From a virus, in UHGV virus genome UHGV-0349885: DNA of 19,119 nt, one strand, 5' to 3'. A model generated the notes under the pieces. That model saw only the letters and a list, made by a program, of their open reading frames with translations. It was not told the origin of the DNA and ran no database searches. A program made the position numbers and the translations under genes. Positions 7,647 through 14,041 of the stretch are shown in pieces. The number at the start of each line of letters is the position of its first letter. Position 1 is the first letter of the stretch.

Positions 7647-9397
7647 AACTGGCACCGAACGTAAAACAGCAGTCACGCGGCATAAAACACAAAGAAACAG
7701 AAGTCATTATTTTTGCGGGTAGTGATGCCTGGTCACACGCAAAACAATGGCAGGAACATGACGCGCGTATGGCCGGAGATAATGAGCCTCCTGTGTGGCT
7801 TGGGGAGCAGCAGTTATCCGAACTGGATAAGCTGCAAATTGTGCCGGAAGGCAGAAAATCCGTGCGCATATTCAGGGCCGGATATCTTGCGCCAGTAATG
7901 ATAAAGGCGATTGGTCAGAAGCTGGCGGCGGCAGGCGTACAGGATGCAAATTTTTACCCTGATGGTATGCACGGTCAGAAGGTGGAGAACTGGCGCGAAT
8001 ATCTGGCCCGTGAGCGCCAGAATCTTTCTGATGGTCTGGTCATTGAGCTTCCGGTAAAGCAAAAGGCGCAACTTTCGCAGATGGCGGACAGTGAGCGCGC
8101 GCAGCTGCTTGCCGATCGCTTTGATGGCGTTTGCGTACATCCTGAAAGTGAAATCGTTCACGTATGGCGCGGCGGGGTATGGTGTCCGGTCAGCACAATG
8201 GAACTTAGCCGCGAAATGGTGGCGATCTATTCAGAGCACAGGGCCACTTTCAGCAAGCGCGTAATCAATAACGCCGTGGAAGCGTTAAAAGTTATTGCCG
8301 AACCAATGGGCGAGCCGTCCGGCGATTTGTTGCCGTTCGCCAATGGTGCGCTTGACCTGAAAACGGGGGAATTTTCCCCGCACACGCCGGAGAACTGGAT
8401 CACCACGCACAACGGCATTGAGTACACGCCACCAGCACCAGGGGAGAACATCCGCGATAACGCGCCAAACTTTCATAAATGGCTTGAGCACGCAGCCGGA
8501 AAAGACCCGCGCAAGATGATGCGTATATGTGCCGCGCTGTACATGATTATGGCGAACCGGTACGACTGGCAGATGTTTATTGAGGCCACCGGAGACGGCG
8601 GGAGCGGTAAAAGTACATTCACACACATAGCCAGCCTTCTGGCAGGGAAACAGAACACGGTAAGCGCTGAAATGACATCGCTTGATGATGCTGGTGGACG
8701 TGCGCAGGTTGTCGGGAGTCGTCTTATCGTCCTGGCTGACCAGCCGAAATATACAGGCGAAGGAACGGGCATCAAGAAAATCACGGGCGGTGACCCCGTG
8801 GAAATTAACCCGAAATACGAAAAGCGTTTCACGGCGGTAATCAGGGCGGTGGTGCTGGCGACCAACAATAACCCGATGATATTCACCGAACGGGCCGGAG
8901 GTGTGGCACGTCGTCGCGTGATTTTCCGTTTCGACAATATCGTCAGTGAGGCCGAAAAAGACAGGGAGCTACCGGAAAAGATCGCGGCTGAAATCCCTGT
9001 CATTATCCGCCGATTGCTGGCGAACTTTACCGACCCTGAGAAGGCACGGGCTTTACTACTGGAACAGCGTGACGGTGATGAAGCTCTGGCAATAAAGCAA
9101 CAGACGGATCCGGTTATTGAGTTTTGCCAGTTCCTGAATTTTCTGGAGGAAGCGCGCGGCCTGATGATGGGGGGCGGTGGCGATTCAGTGAAGTACACGA
9201 CCAGGAACAGCCTTTACCGCGTCTATCTGGCGTTTATGGCATACGCAGGCAGGAGCAAACCGCTAAACGTAAATGACTTTGGCAAGGCTATGAAGCCAGC
9301 CGCGAAAGTTTACGGACATGAATATATTACGCGGAAAGTTAAGGGAGTAACGCAGACTAACGCAATAACAACAGACGATTGCGACGCGTTTTTATAA
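7643..9397 (+). CDS. Replication initiator: DNA primase / SF3-type NTPase (P4-alpha / D5 family C-terminal domain)
   Basis: 584 aa; Walker A EATGDGGSGKSTF, then RLIVLADQPKY and KKITGGDPVEINPKYEKRFTAVIRAVVLATNNNPMIF typical of the phage/plasmid primase P4-family C-terminal domain; the iteron origin lies directly downstream. Confidence 0.85.
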   Translation: MKLAPNVKQQSRGIKHKETEVIIFAGSDAWSHAKQWQEHDARMAGDNEPPVWLGEQQLSELDKLQIVPEGRKSVRIFRAGYLAPVMIKAIGQKLAAAGVQDANFYPDGMHGQKVENWREYLARERQNLSDGLVIELPVKQKAQLSQMADSERAQLLADRFDGVCVHPESEIVHVWRGGVWCPVSTMELSREMVAIYSEHRATFSKRVINNAVEALKVIAEPMGEPSGDLLPFANGALDLKTGEFSPHTPENWITTHNGIEYTPPAPGENIRDNAPNFHKWLEHAAGKDPRKMMRICAALYMIMANRYDWQMFIEATGDGGSGKSTFTHIASLLAGKQNTVSAEMTSLDDAGGRAQVVGSRLIVLADQPKYTGEGTGIKKITGGDPVEINPKYEKRFTAVIRAVVLATNNNPMIFTERAGGVARRRVIFRFDNIVSEAEKDRELPEKIAAEIPVIIRRLLANFTDPEKARALLLEQRDGDEALAIKQQTDPVIEFCQFLNFLEEARGLMMGGGGDSVKYTTRNSLYRVYLAFMAYAGRSKPLNVNDFGKAMKPAAKVYGHEYITRKVKGVTQTNAITTDDCDAFL

Positions 9398-9410
9398 TTT
9401 TTTGCAATGG

Positions 9411-9640
9411 CTGTCTACCCTGTCTACCTGAGTAAAGAAAAATACATTTAATTCAGTATATTAACTTAGGTAGACAGCCTTTTTTCACTGTCTACCTACT
9501 ATCTACCCTCTCTACCTGATTTTACCTGAATCAGACAGGGAGGTAGATACGGGGTAGATAGTGGATAAAAGCACTCTACCCCGCTGAAAGCCGCGCCATT
9601 ACTGGCATGAGAGCCAGTAAGGTAGATAAGGTAGACAAGG
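9411..9640. repeat. Iteron-type replication origin: about 11 copies of TCTACC / GGTAGA (6 forward, 5 reverse) in AT-rich context
   Basis: Forward copies at 9414, 9423, 9491, 9502, 9511, 9575; reverse copies at 9469, 9542, 9553, 9621, 9630; immediately 3' of the primase gene, the usual ori position in PICI/SaPI-like elements. Confidence 0.75.
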
Positions 9641-9685
9641 GGAGGCACAACTCAAAACTTTTTAAACGAGGGGGTAAAAATAAAA

Positions 9686-9943
9686 ATGCGCACATCAGGA
9701 AAACTTAATAATCAGAAGAAGCAGCATAACCGCGCCATTGACCTTACAGAGCACTGGCTGAGAGTGGCGATAAAAATCATCGACCGCAACACGGGGGAAG
9801 GATACGCGAAAGCACATCCCGACCTGATAAGCGCATTCATGACCACGGCGGCGGCAAACTTTGCCACGCTGACAGAACGGGAGATTGCCGAAGCGGAACA
9901 GGTAACAACCATCAACGTTAAAACCGGAGAGGTGGAATCATGA
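9686..9943 (+). CDS. Hypothetical protein (85 aa)
   Basis: ATG 9686 with GAGGGGG SD; stop overlaps the SSB-like start; no recognisable family. Confidence 0.5.
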   Translation: MRTSGKLNNQKKQHNRAIDLTEHWLRVAIKIIDRNTGEGYAKAHPDLISAFMTTAAANFATLTEREIAEAEQVTTINVKTGEVES

Positions 9944-10362
9944 CAGCACAGATAGCAGCTTACGGGCGGCTGGTGGACGACCCGCAGGTAAAACAGACCA
10001 GCAAGGGCACACCAATGACGCTGGCACGTATGGCGGTATCGTTGCCATGTAGTCAGGCGCAGGATGGGCAGGCTACGTTATGGCTATCGGTGATGGCATT
10101 TGGCAGACAGGCCGAAGCACTGGAAAGGCACCGCAAGGGTGAACTCCTGAGCGTGGCGGGTAACATGCAGATCAGCCAGTGGACTGGGCAGAACGGAGAA
10201 ACGCGGCAGGGCTGGCAGGTTATCGCAGACAGTGTAATCAGTGCGCGAACGGCGCGACTGGGCGGCAAAAAAGGTCAACTGGGCCAGGCTACTGACGCGC
10301 TGAACAGGGCAAAACAACAGGCGGGGAATGATGATCCGTACGGGGATAACATACCGTTTTAA
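9940..10362 (+). CDS. ssb: Single-stranded DNA-binding protein (SSB-like)
   Basis: 140 aa; OB-fold-like N-terminal region aligns by eye with E. coli SSB (LVDDPQVKQTSKGTPMTLARMAVS / LWLSVMAFGRQAEALERHRKGELLSVAGNMQISQWT); C-terminal acidic tail ends DDPYGDNIPF, like the SSB DDDIPF tail. Confidence 0.8.
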   Translation: MTAQIAAYGRLVDDPQVKQTSKGTPMTLARMAVSLPCSQAQDGQATLWLSVMAFGRQAEALERHRKGELLSVAGNMQISQWTGQNGETRQGWQVIADSVISARTARLGGKKGQLGQATDALNRAKQQAGNDDPYGDNIPF

Positions 10363-10377
10363 GCGACGAGTGACAGA

Positions 10378-10400
10378 AGCCGGAGCAATCCGGCTTTTTT
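10378..10400 (+). terminator. Rho-independent terminator after ssb
   Basis: Stem GCCGGA/TCCGGC (10379-10384 / 10389-10394), loop GCAA, T-run 10395-10400. Confidence 0.65.
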
Positions 10401-10448
10401 ACGGGTCCTCCTGGCGGGGTGGGCCTGAACACGGGGCGGGAGGCGCGG
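10401..10448 (+). other. Degenerate cos-like remnant (cosQ-like ACGGGTCCTCCTGG ... ACGGGGCGGGAGGCGCGG) lacking an intact cosN 12-mer
   Basis: Aligns with the cosQ/cosN region of the three intact cos sites, but GGGCGGCGACCT is replaced by GGGCGGGAGGCG; preceded by the same terminator-then-cosQ arrangement as at 12818-12857. Confidence 0.4.
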
Positions 10449-10580
10449 AAAAAAGCGCATTTTTGTGATTTTATCGTCATCATCATCATGAGCGTAATTT
10501 ATTGTTTTTAATTGTTTTGATGCAAAAAAGATGATGGTTGTGGTTAATTTTTGTTCGACATCTTTGCAGGCAGATAAAAA

Positions 10581-10616
10581 AGCCCGATAAGGTCAGAGGT
10601 GGCTTATCGGGCTTTT
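10581..10616. terminator. Strong hairpin with flanking A- and T-runs (possible bidirectional terminator)
   Basis: Perfect 11-bp stem AGCCCGATAAG/CTTATCGGGCT (10581-10591 / 10603-10613), preceded by AAAAAA and followed by TTTT. Confidence 0.5.
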
Positions 10617-10692
10617 GCATATGAGGCTTTTTGGTGCACTGACACACATGATCGGGATAATCATTTCATAATTTGCAACACAACTCAATATC

Positions 10693-10742
10693 ATTGCACA
10701 AAATGCAATACTGATTATAATCAGAGCTGGATGAACATCCAG
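10693..10742 (+). promoter_or_regulatory. Candidate promoter of the element capsid operon with three palindromes: ATTGCA-N5-TGCAAT (10693-10709), TGATTATAATCA (10713-10724), CTGGATG-AA-CATCCAG (10727-10742); -35 TTGCAC 10694-10699, -10 TATAAT 10716-10721
   Basis: Consensus -10 with 16-bp spacer seen directly; palindromes overlap the -35, -10 and +1 regions; AAGAGGAA SD and ATG 10778 follow. Confidence 0.4.
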
Positions 10743-10777
10743 TTATGATTTTTTAAGTCAAAGAGGAATTTCTTACT

Positions 10778-10984
10778 ATGGCTGAAGAGAAAAAAGGCGG
10801 TGTTTCGGTGTACATAAGCCCCGACATCGTAAAGGCGCTCAAGGAACGCCACCAGCAGAACGTAAAAGCAGGCATTGCGGCAGGACTTGATCCGCTGGCG
10901 ATGGTTGAGCCGTCAACAGGCTGGCAGGTACGCGCCTATTTACGCGCGGCGCTGGGTATGAATCAGGTTCACGGGGGTGAATAA
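10778..10984 (+). CDS. Hypothetical small protein (68 aa), first gene of the element capsid module
   Basis: ATG 10778 with AAGAGGAA SD; stop overlaps the capsid-gene start (TAATG); no recognisable family. Confidence 0.5.
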   Translation: MAEEKKGGVSVYISPDIVKALKERHQQNVKAGIAAGLDPLAMVEPSTGWQVRAYLRAALGMNQVHGGE

Positions 10985-12039
10985 TGACAGGCAAAGCAAC
11001 GGCACTTAACACTAACCAGCTTTTCATGTACCTGAATCGCGGGGATATTGCGGATTTTAAATTCAACCCTCTGTTTACTACGCTGTTTTTCCCGAACGTG
11101 GCGACATTCAGCACGCAAAACATCATGCTGGATACCCTGGACATTGAAGAAGTCACCATGTCGGCGTTTTGTTCGCCTATGGTTGGCAGCCAGGTACAGC
11201 GCGATAAAGGGTACGAAACCAGCACAATTAAACCTGGCTACATGAAGCCAAAGCACGAAATCGATCCAACAAAAACCATCATGCGCATGGCTGGAGAAGA
11301 TCCGGCACAGCTTAACGACCCTACCTACCGCCGTATGCGCCTGATTACTGGCAACATGCGCCGCCAGGTAAACGCCATTAAAGCGCGCGTGGAATGGCTG
11401 GCGGTGAATGCGATAACGACCGGAAAAAACATCATTGAGGGCGAAGGCATAGAACGCTATGAAATCGACTGGAAAATACCGGAAAACTGCATCATAGAGC
11501 AGGCCAAGGGTAAAAAATGGTCCGAGCAGGATAAAGACATGCACGACCCAATCTATGACATCGAGCTTTATGCTGATCAGGCTGGTTGCCCCGCAAACGT
11601 CATGATTATGGGCGCTGAGGTATGGCGCACGTTACGCAGCTTTAAAAAATTCCGTGAGCTGTACGATCTTTCCCGTGGTTCAGAGTCCGCCGCCGAACTG
11701 GCCTGTAAAAACCTGGGCGAAGTGGTGAGCTTTAAAGGCTATCTGGGCGATATTGCCCTTATCGTCTATTCCGGCAAATACACTGACAGCGACGGCACAG
11801 AAAAATATTTCCTTGAGCCTGATTTGCTGGTTCTGGGCAACACCAACAATAAAGGGCTGGTGGCCTATGGTGCGATTATGGATCAGGACGCAGTAAGAAC
11901 GGGCGCAACGCAAAACATGTTTTACCCGAAAAACTGGATTGGGGACGGCGATCCGGCGATTGAGTACGTGCAGACGCACAGCGCACCGCAGCCGGTTCCG
12001 GCAGATATTCGTAAATTTGTTACCGTCAAAATTGGTTAA
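10984..12039 (+). CDS. Major capsid protein homolog (lambda gpE-like), element-encoded and diverged from the prophage copy
   Basis: 351 aa; matches lambda gpE (from memory) at FKFNPLFTTLFF (lambda FKFDPLFLRLFF), PGYMKPKHEIDP (PGYVKPKHEVNP) and C-terminal YPKNW..GDPA...SAP; N-terminus differs from the prophage gpE start at 19064. Confidence 0.85.
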   Translation: MTGKATALNTNQLFMYLNRGDIADFKFNPLFTTLFFPNVATFSTQNIMLDTLDIEEVTMSAFCSPMVGSQVQRDKGYETSTIKPGYMKPKHEIDPTKTIMRMAGEDPAQLNDPTYRRMRLITGNMRRQVNAIKARVEWLAVNAITTGKNIIEGEGIERYEIDWKIPENCIIEQAKGKKWSEQDKDMHDPIYDIELYADQAGCPANVMIMGAEVWRTLRSFKKFRELYDLSRGSESAAELACKNLGEVVSFKGYLGDIALIVYSGKYTDSDGTEKYFLEPDLLVLGNTNNKGLVAYGAIMDQDAVRTGATQNMFYPKNWIGDGDPAIEYVQTHSAPQPVPADIRKFVTVKIG

Positions 12040-12050
12040 CGGGGGATTCT

Positions 12051-12386
12051 ATGGACACTCCATACATTGAGTTATTTGCAGGCAGTCAGCAGGTCGCCAC
12101 GACGCTGGTACATTTTGCCGCTGATGCTGGCGTTATTCAGGAATTTACCCCGCTGATGCTGGCGGACAATGGCGAGTTTAAGCCGTGGGATGGTAAGGAA
12201 TCTGGCAAGGCTGTTTATCTGACCTCGTACCCTGTGGACACGTCAAAGCAGAAATCAGCACAGTGTTACAAGACGGGGATATTCAATATTGCCGCCGTTA
12301 ACTGGCCTGAGAGCGTCGACACCGATGCGAAAAAATGCGCCGCCTTTGCGGGTTCTGGCGTATCCGTTCAGCCGCTGGCCCGATAA
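12051..12386 (+). CDS. Head decoration protein homolog (lambda gpD-like), element-encoded
   Basis: 111 aa; shares TPLML..WDG..YKTGxF..WPES..KK.AAFAGS with lambda gpD and with the prophage gpD at 18659-19006. Confidence 0.75.
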   Translation: MDTPYIELFAGSQQVATTLVHFAADAGVIQEFTPLMLADNGEFKPWDGKESGKAVYLTSYPVDTSKQKSAQCYKTGIFNIAAVNWPESVDTDAKKCAAFAGSGVSVQPLAR

Positions 12387-12398
12387 GCAGGGGGAACG

Positions 12399-12812
12399 AT
12401 GGCAACGAATGAAAGCATCATGACGCTACCGCTGGCGAGTAAATTTAAAGCCGAAGCGCGGGCAATGGCTGACAGAGGTTTATCAACCTATGAGGCCGTA
12501 TATCAACTAAACAAACTGGAAGAGCAGGACAAGCCGCGCGCTGATGCGATTATGGCGCTTGATGAATCTGGCGACTATCAGCCGCTGTTACGTGCAATGG
12601 CAAACGTGCCTTGTATCGATGTTGGTACGGCTAAAAGCATCCTTAGCATGACCATAGAGCAGGAACGTCCGAAGGTTGCGCCGGAACTTACTGCAGCCTT
12701 TGAAAACTTTATGGACATGCACAGCCCGCAAGCCGTATCAGCTGGCATGGCATACGATGGCAGAAACCAGGGCGATGACGGCGACATCGATCGCATACTG
12801 AAAACCATCTGA
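12399..12812 (+). CDS. Scaffold-like protein (Nu3 / gpC C-terminal-domain homolog), element-encoded; candidate capsid-size-redirecting scaffold
   Basis: 137 aa; C-terminus TAAFENFMDMHSPQAVSAGMAYDGRNQGDDGD parallels the prophage gpC-Nu3 C-terminus TALFEHFMANHSPAAVRGGVSQTSADGDAD; middle region resembles one of the internal repeats of the prophage protein. Confidence 0.6.
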   Translation: MATNESIMTLPLASKFKAEARAMADRGLSTYEAVYQLNKLEEQDKPRADAIMALDESGDYQPLLRAMANVPCIDVGTAKSILSMTIEQERPKVAPELTAAFENFMDMHSPQAVSAGMAYDGRNQGDDGDIDRILKTI

Positions 12813-12817
12813 GACAA

Positions 12818-12842
12818 GGCCGGAGAAATCCGGCTTTTTTTT
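12818..12842 (+). terminator. Rho-independent terminator after the element capsid module
   Basis: Stem GCCGGA/TCCGGC (12819-12824 / 12829-12834), loop GAAA, eight-T run 12835-12842. Confidence 0.65.
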
Positions 12843-12966
12843 ATGGGTCCTTTCCGGCATATGGACCCGTTACGGGGCGGCGACCTCGCGGGTTTTCGCT
12901 ATTTATGACGTTTTTCCGTGAAGGTGACACCACCACCACTTGATTAATATTTAACCATGCGGTTAA
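12843..12966 (+). other. Element cos site A (forward): cosQ-like GGGTCCTTTCCGG 12845-12857, cosN GGGCGGCGACCT 12875-12886, I2-like CGCGGGTTTTCGCTATTTATGA, divergent cosB with TTAACC-atgc-GGTTAA
   Basis: About 75-bp core near-identical to the prophage cos and to lambda cos; flanking cosB differs from the prophage cosB; lies directly upstream of the Nu1-like gene at 12976. Confidence 0.85.
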
Positions 12967-12975
12967 GGTAACATT

Positions 12976-13416
12976 ATGATTGATAAAGCTTGTTTTGTAA
13001 GTCAGCAGGAAATAGCTGAACATTTCAAGGTTAACAGAACCACTATTCGCGCATGGACCAAACAGGGGATGCCGTATCTTAATGCGGATCGCGGAAAGTC
13101 TGGCGGTTATCACATCGGGCATACATTGCTTTGGTCTTCAGGTAAAAGCCGTCTTGAGGCCATCAGATATCACGTAGAAACCAGTGCGCTGGAAAAAATT
13201 ATGTTTGCCAGGCTGCTTTCATCTGAGCGTGACGAGTACTCCAGTGAAGAAACAGAACATCGATTTGATGAAGGTTTGCAGATTTACGGCTATTCACCGG
13301 AAGATGTGAGCAAGGCACGAAATAAAATGGCTGGCTTTCTGGCTGGGTGGCGTCATGCCGTAAGCGTTCGCCGTGCCAGCATGGAACAATCAGTCGTTAC
13401 AGAACAGCAAAGTTAA
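12976..13416 (+). CDS. Terminase-small-subunit-like protein (Nu1 N-terminal wHTH homolog with unrelated C-terminus); candidate packaging-redirection factor
   Basis: 146 aa; N-terminus VSQQEIAEHFKVNRTTIRAWTKQGMPYLNADRGKSGG aligns with prophage Nu1 [34 protein letters not shown]; positioned just 3' of cos-A, as Nu1 is relative to cos. Confidence 0.7.
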   Translation: MIDKACFVSQQEIAEHFKVNRTTIRAWTKQGMPYLNADRGKSGGYHIGHTLLWSSGKSRLEAIRYHVETSALEKIMFARLLSSERDEYSSEETEHRFDEGLQIYGYSPEDVSKARNKMAGFLAGWRHAVSVRRASMEQSVVTEQQS

Positions 13417-13445
13417 AAATCACTTTCTGTTACGCCATCAAATAC

Positions 13446-13597
13446 GCAATACAACAACCACGTATTTTTTTAAAACTATTTGATTCAATTAGCATTTTTT
13501 TATTTTTAGCATCAAAAAAACACTATCAGGTTGTTGTATTGCTCTTTATTTTTACTTAGTTATCAAATGGATATGACAAACAATTAAACAACAACCT
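13446..13597. repeat. Perfect 14-bp inverted repeat GCAATACAACAACC (13446-13459) / GGTTGTTGTATTGC (13529-13542) around a 69-bp AT-rich spacer, plus a third ACAACAACC copy (13589-13597); candidate cosB R-elements of cos-B
   Basis: Repeats read directly from the sequence; they occupy the cosB side of the inverted cos-B in an R3 / AT-rich / R2 / R1-like layout. Confidence 0.5.
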
Positions 13598-13610
13598 CCC
13601 TCTAAAAAAG

Positions 13611-13680
13611 CTCATAAATAGCGAAAAACCGCGAGGTCGCCGCCCCGTAACGGGCCATAATTCCAGGAAGGACCCGACGA
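13611..13680 (-). other. Element cos site B (inverted orientation): cosN reverse-complement AGGTCGCCGCCC at 13634-13645, I2-like 13611-13633, cosQ-like GGAAGGACCC 13666-13675
   Basis: Reverse complement matches the cosQ-cosN-I2 core of cos-A and the prophage cos almost base for base. Confidence 0.8.
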
Positions 13681-13709
13681 CACCAGACTATCAGAGCGAT
13701 GGGGGCACA

Positions 13710-13991
13710 ATGACAGAAGCCGAACTACTGGGATTAATCCGCCGCGTTACCGGAATCAGCCAGCAGCATGACGAACAGGCCACACAGCCGGACAGCGTGA
13801 CAGCCGAAAATTACGCGCGTGTTGTTGCTGAGGTGATGCGCCGTGATGGTATCCAGCTTAATGATATGGATATGCGCAACATACGGATCCGCGTTCTTGA
13901 AATGCTGGCCTACAATCGCCGCGTGGCACTGTATCGTGAAACGGAGAAAATTACGTACCACTGGAAGAAGCCGGAGCGGTTACGGCGTTAA
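13710..13991 (+). CDS. Hypothetical protein (93 aa)
   Basis: ATG 13710; no recognisable family; followed immediately by the GTGAC repeat array. Confidence 0.45.
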   Translation: MTEAELLGLIRRVTGISQQHDEQATQPDSVTAENYARVVAEVMRRDGIQLNDMDMRNIRIRVLEMLAYNRRVALYRETEKITYHWKKPERLRR

Positions 13992-13997
13992 CTTGTG

Positions 13998-14041
13998 GTG
14001 ACATACCGTGACGGGAGTGACAACCAGTGACACACAGTGAC
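13998..14041. repeat. Array of five GTGAC(A) direct repeats at 9-10 bp spacing (starts 13998, 14008, 14017, 14027, 14037)
   Basis: Seen directly; helical phasing suggests same-face binding of one protein; the reverse complement TGTCACT resembles the lambda Int arm-type consensus (AGTCACTAT, from memory). Confidence 0.5.

Noticed and set aside
8473-9198. 241-aa minus-strand ORF inside the primase gene, and similar antisense ORFs (1855-2520, 10969-11544, 15364-15960, 16015-16521, 17132-17707, 17917-18228)
   Set aside because: All lie antisense within strongly supported genes and have Ser/Arg/Cys-rich shadow-ORF composition.
10289-10489. 66-aa minus-strand ORF starting MMMM across the ssb 3' end and the cos remnant
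   Set aside because: Overlaps the ssb stop, a terminator and the cos-like remnant; Pro/Cys-rich; no SD.
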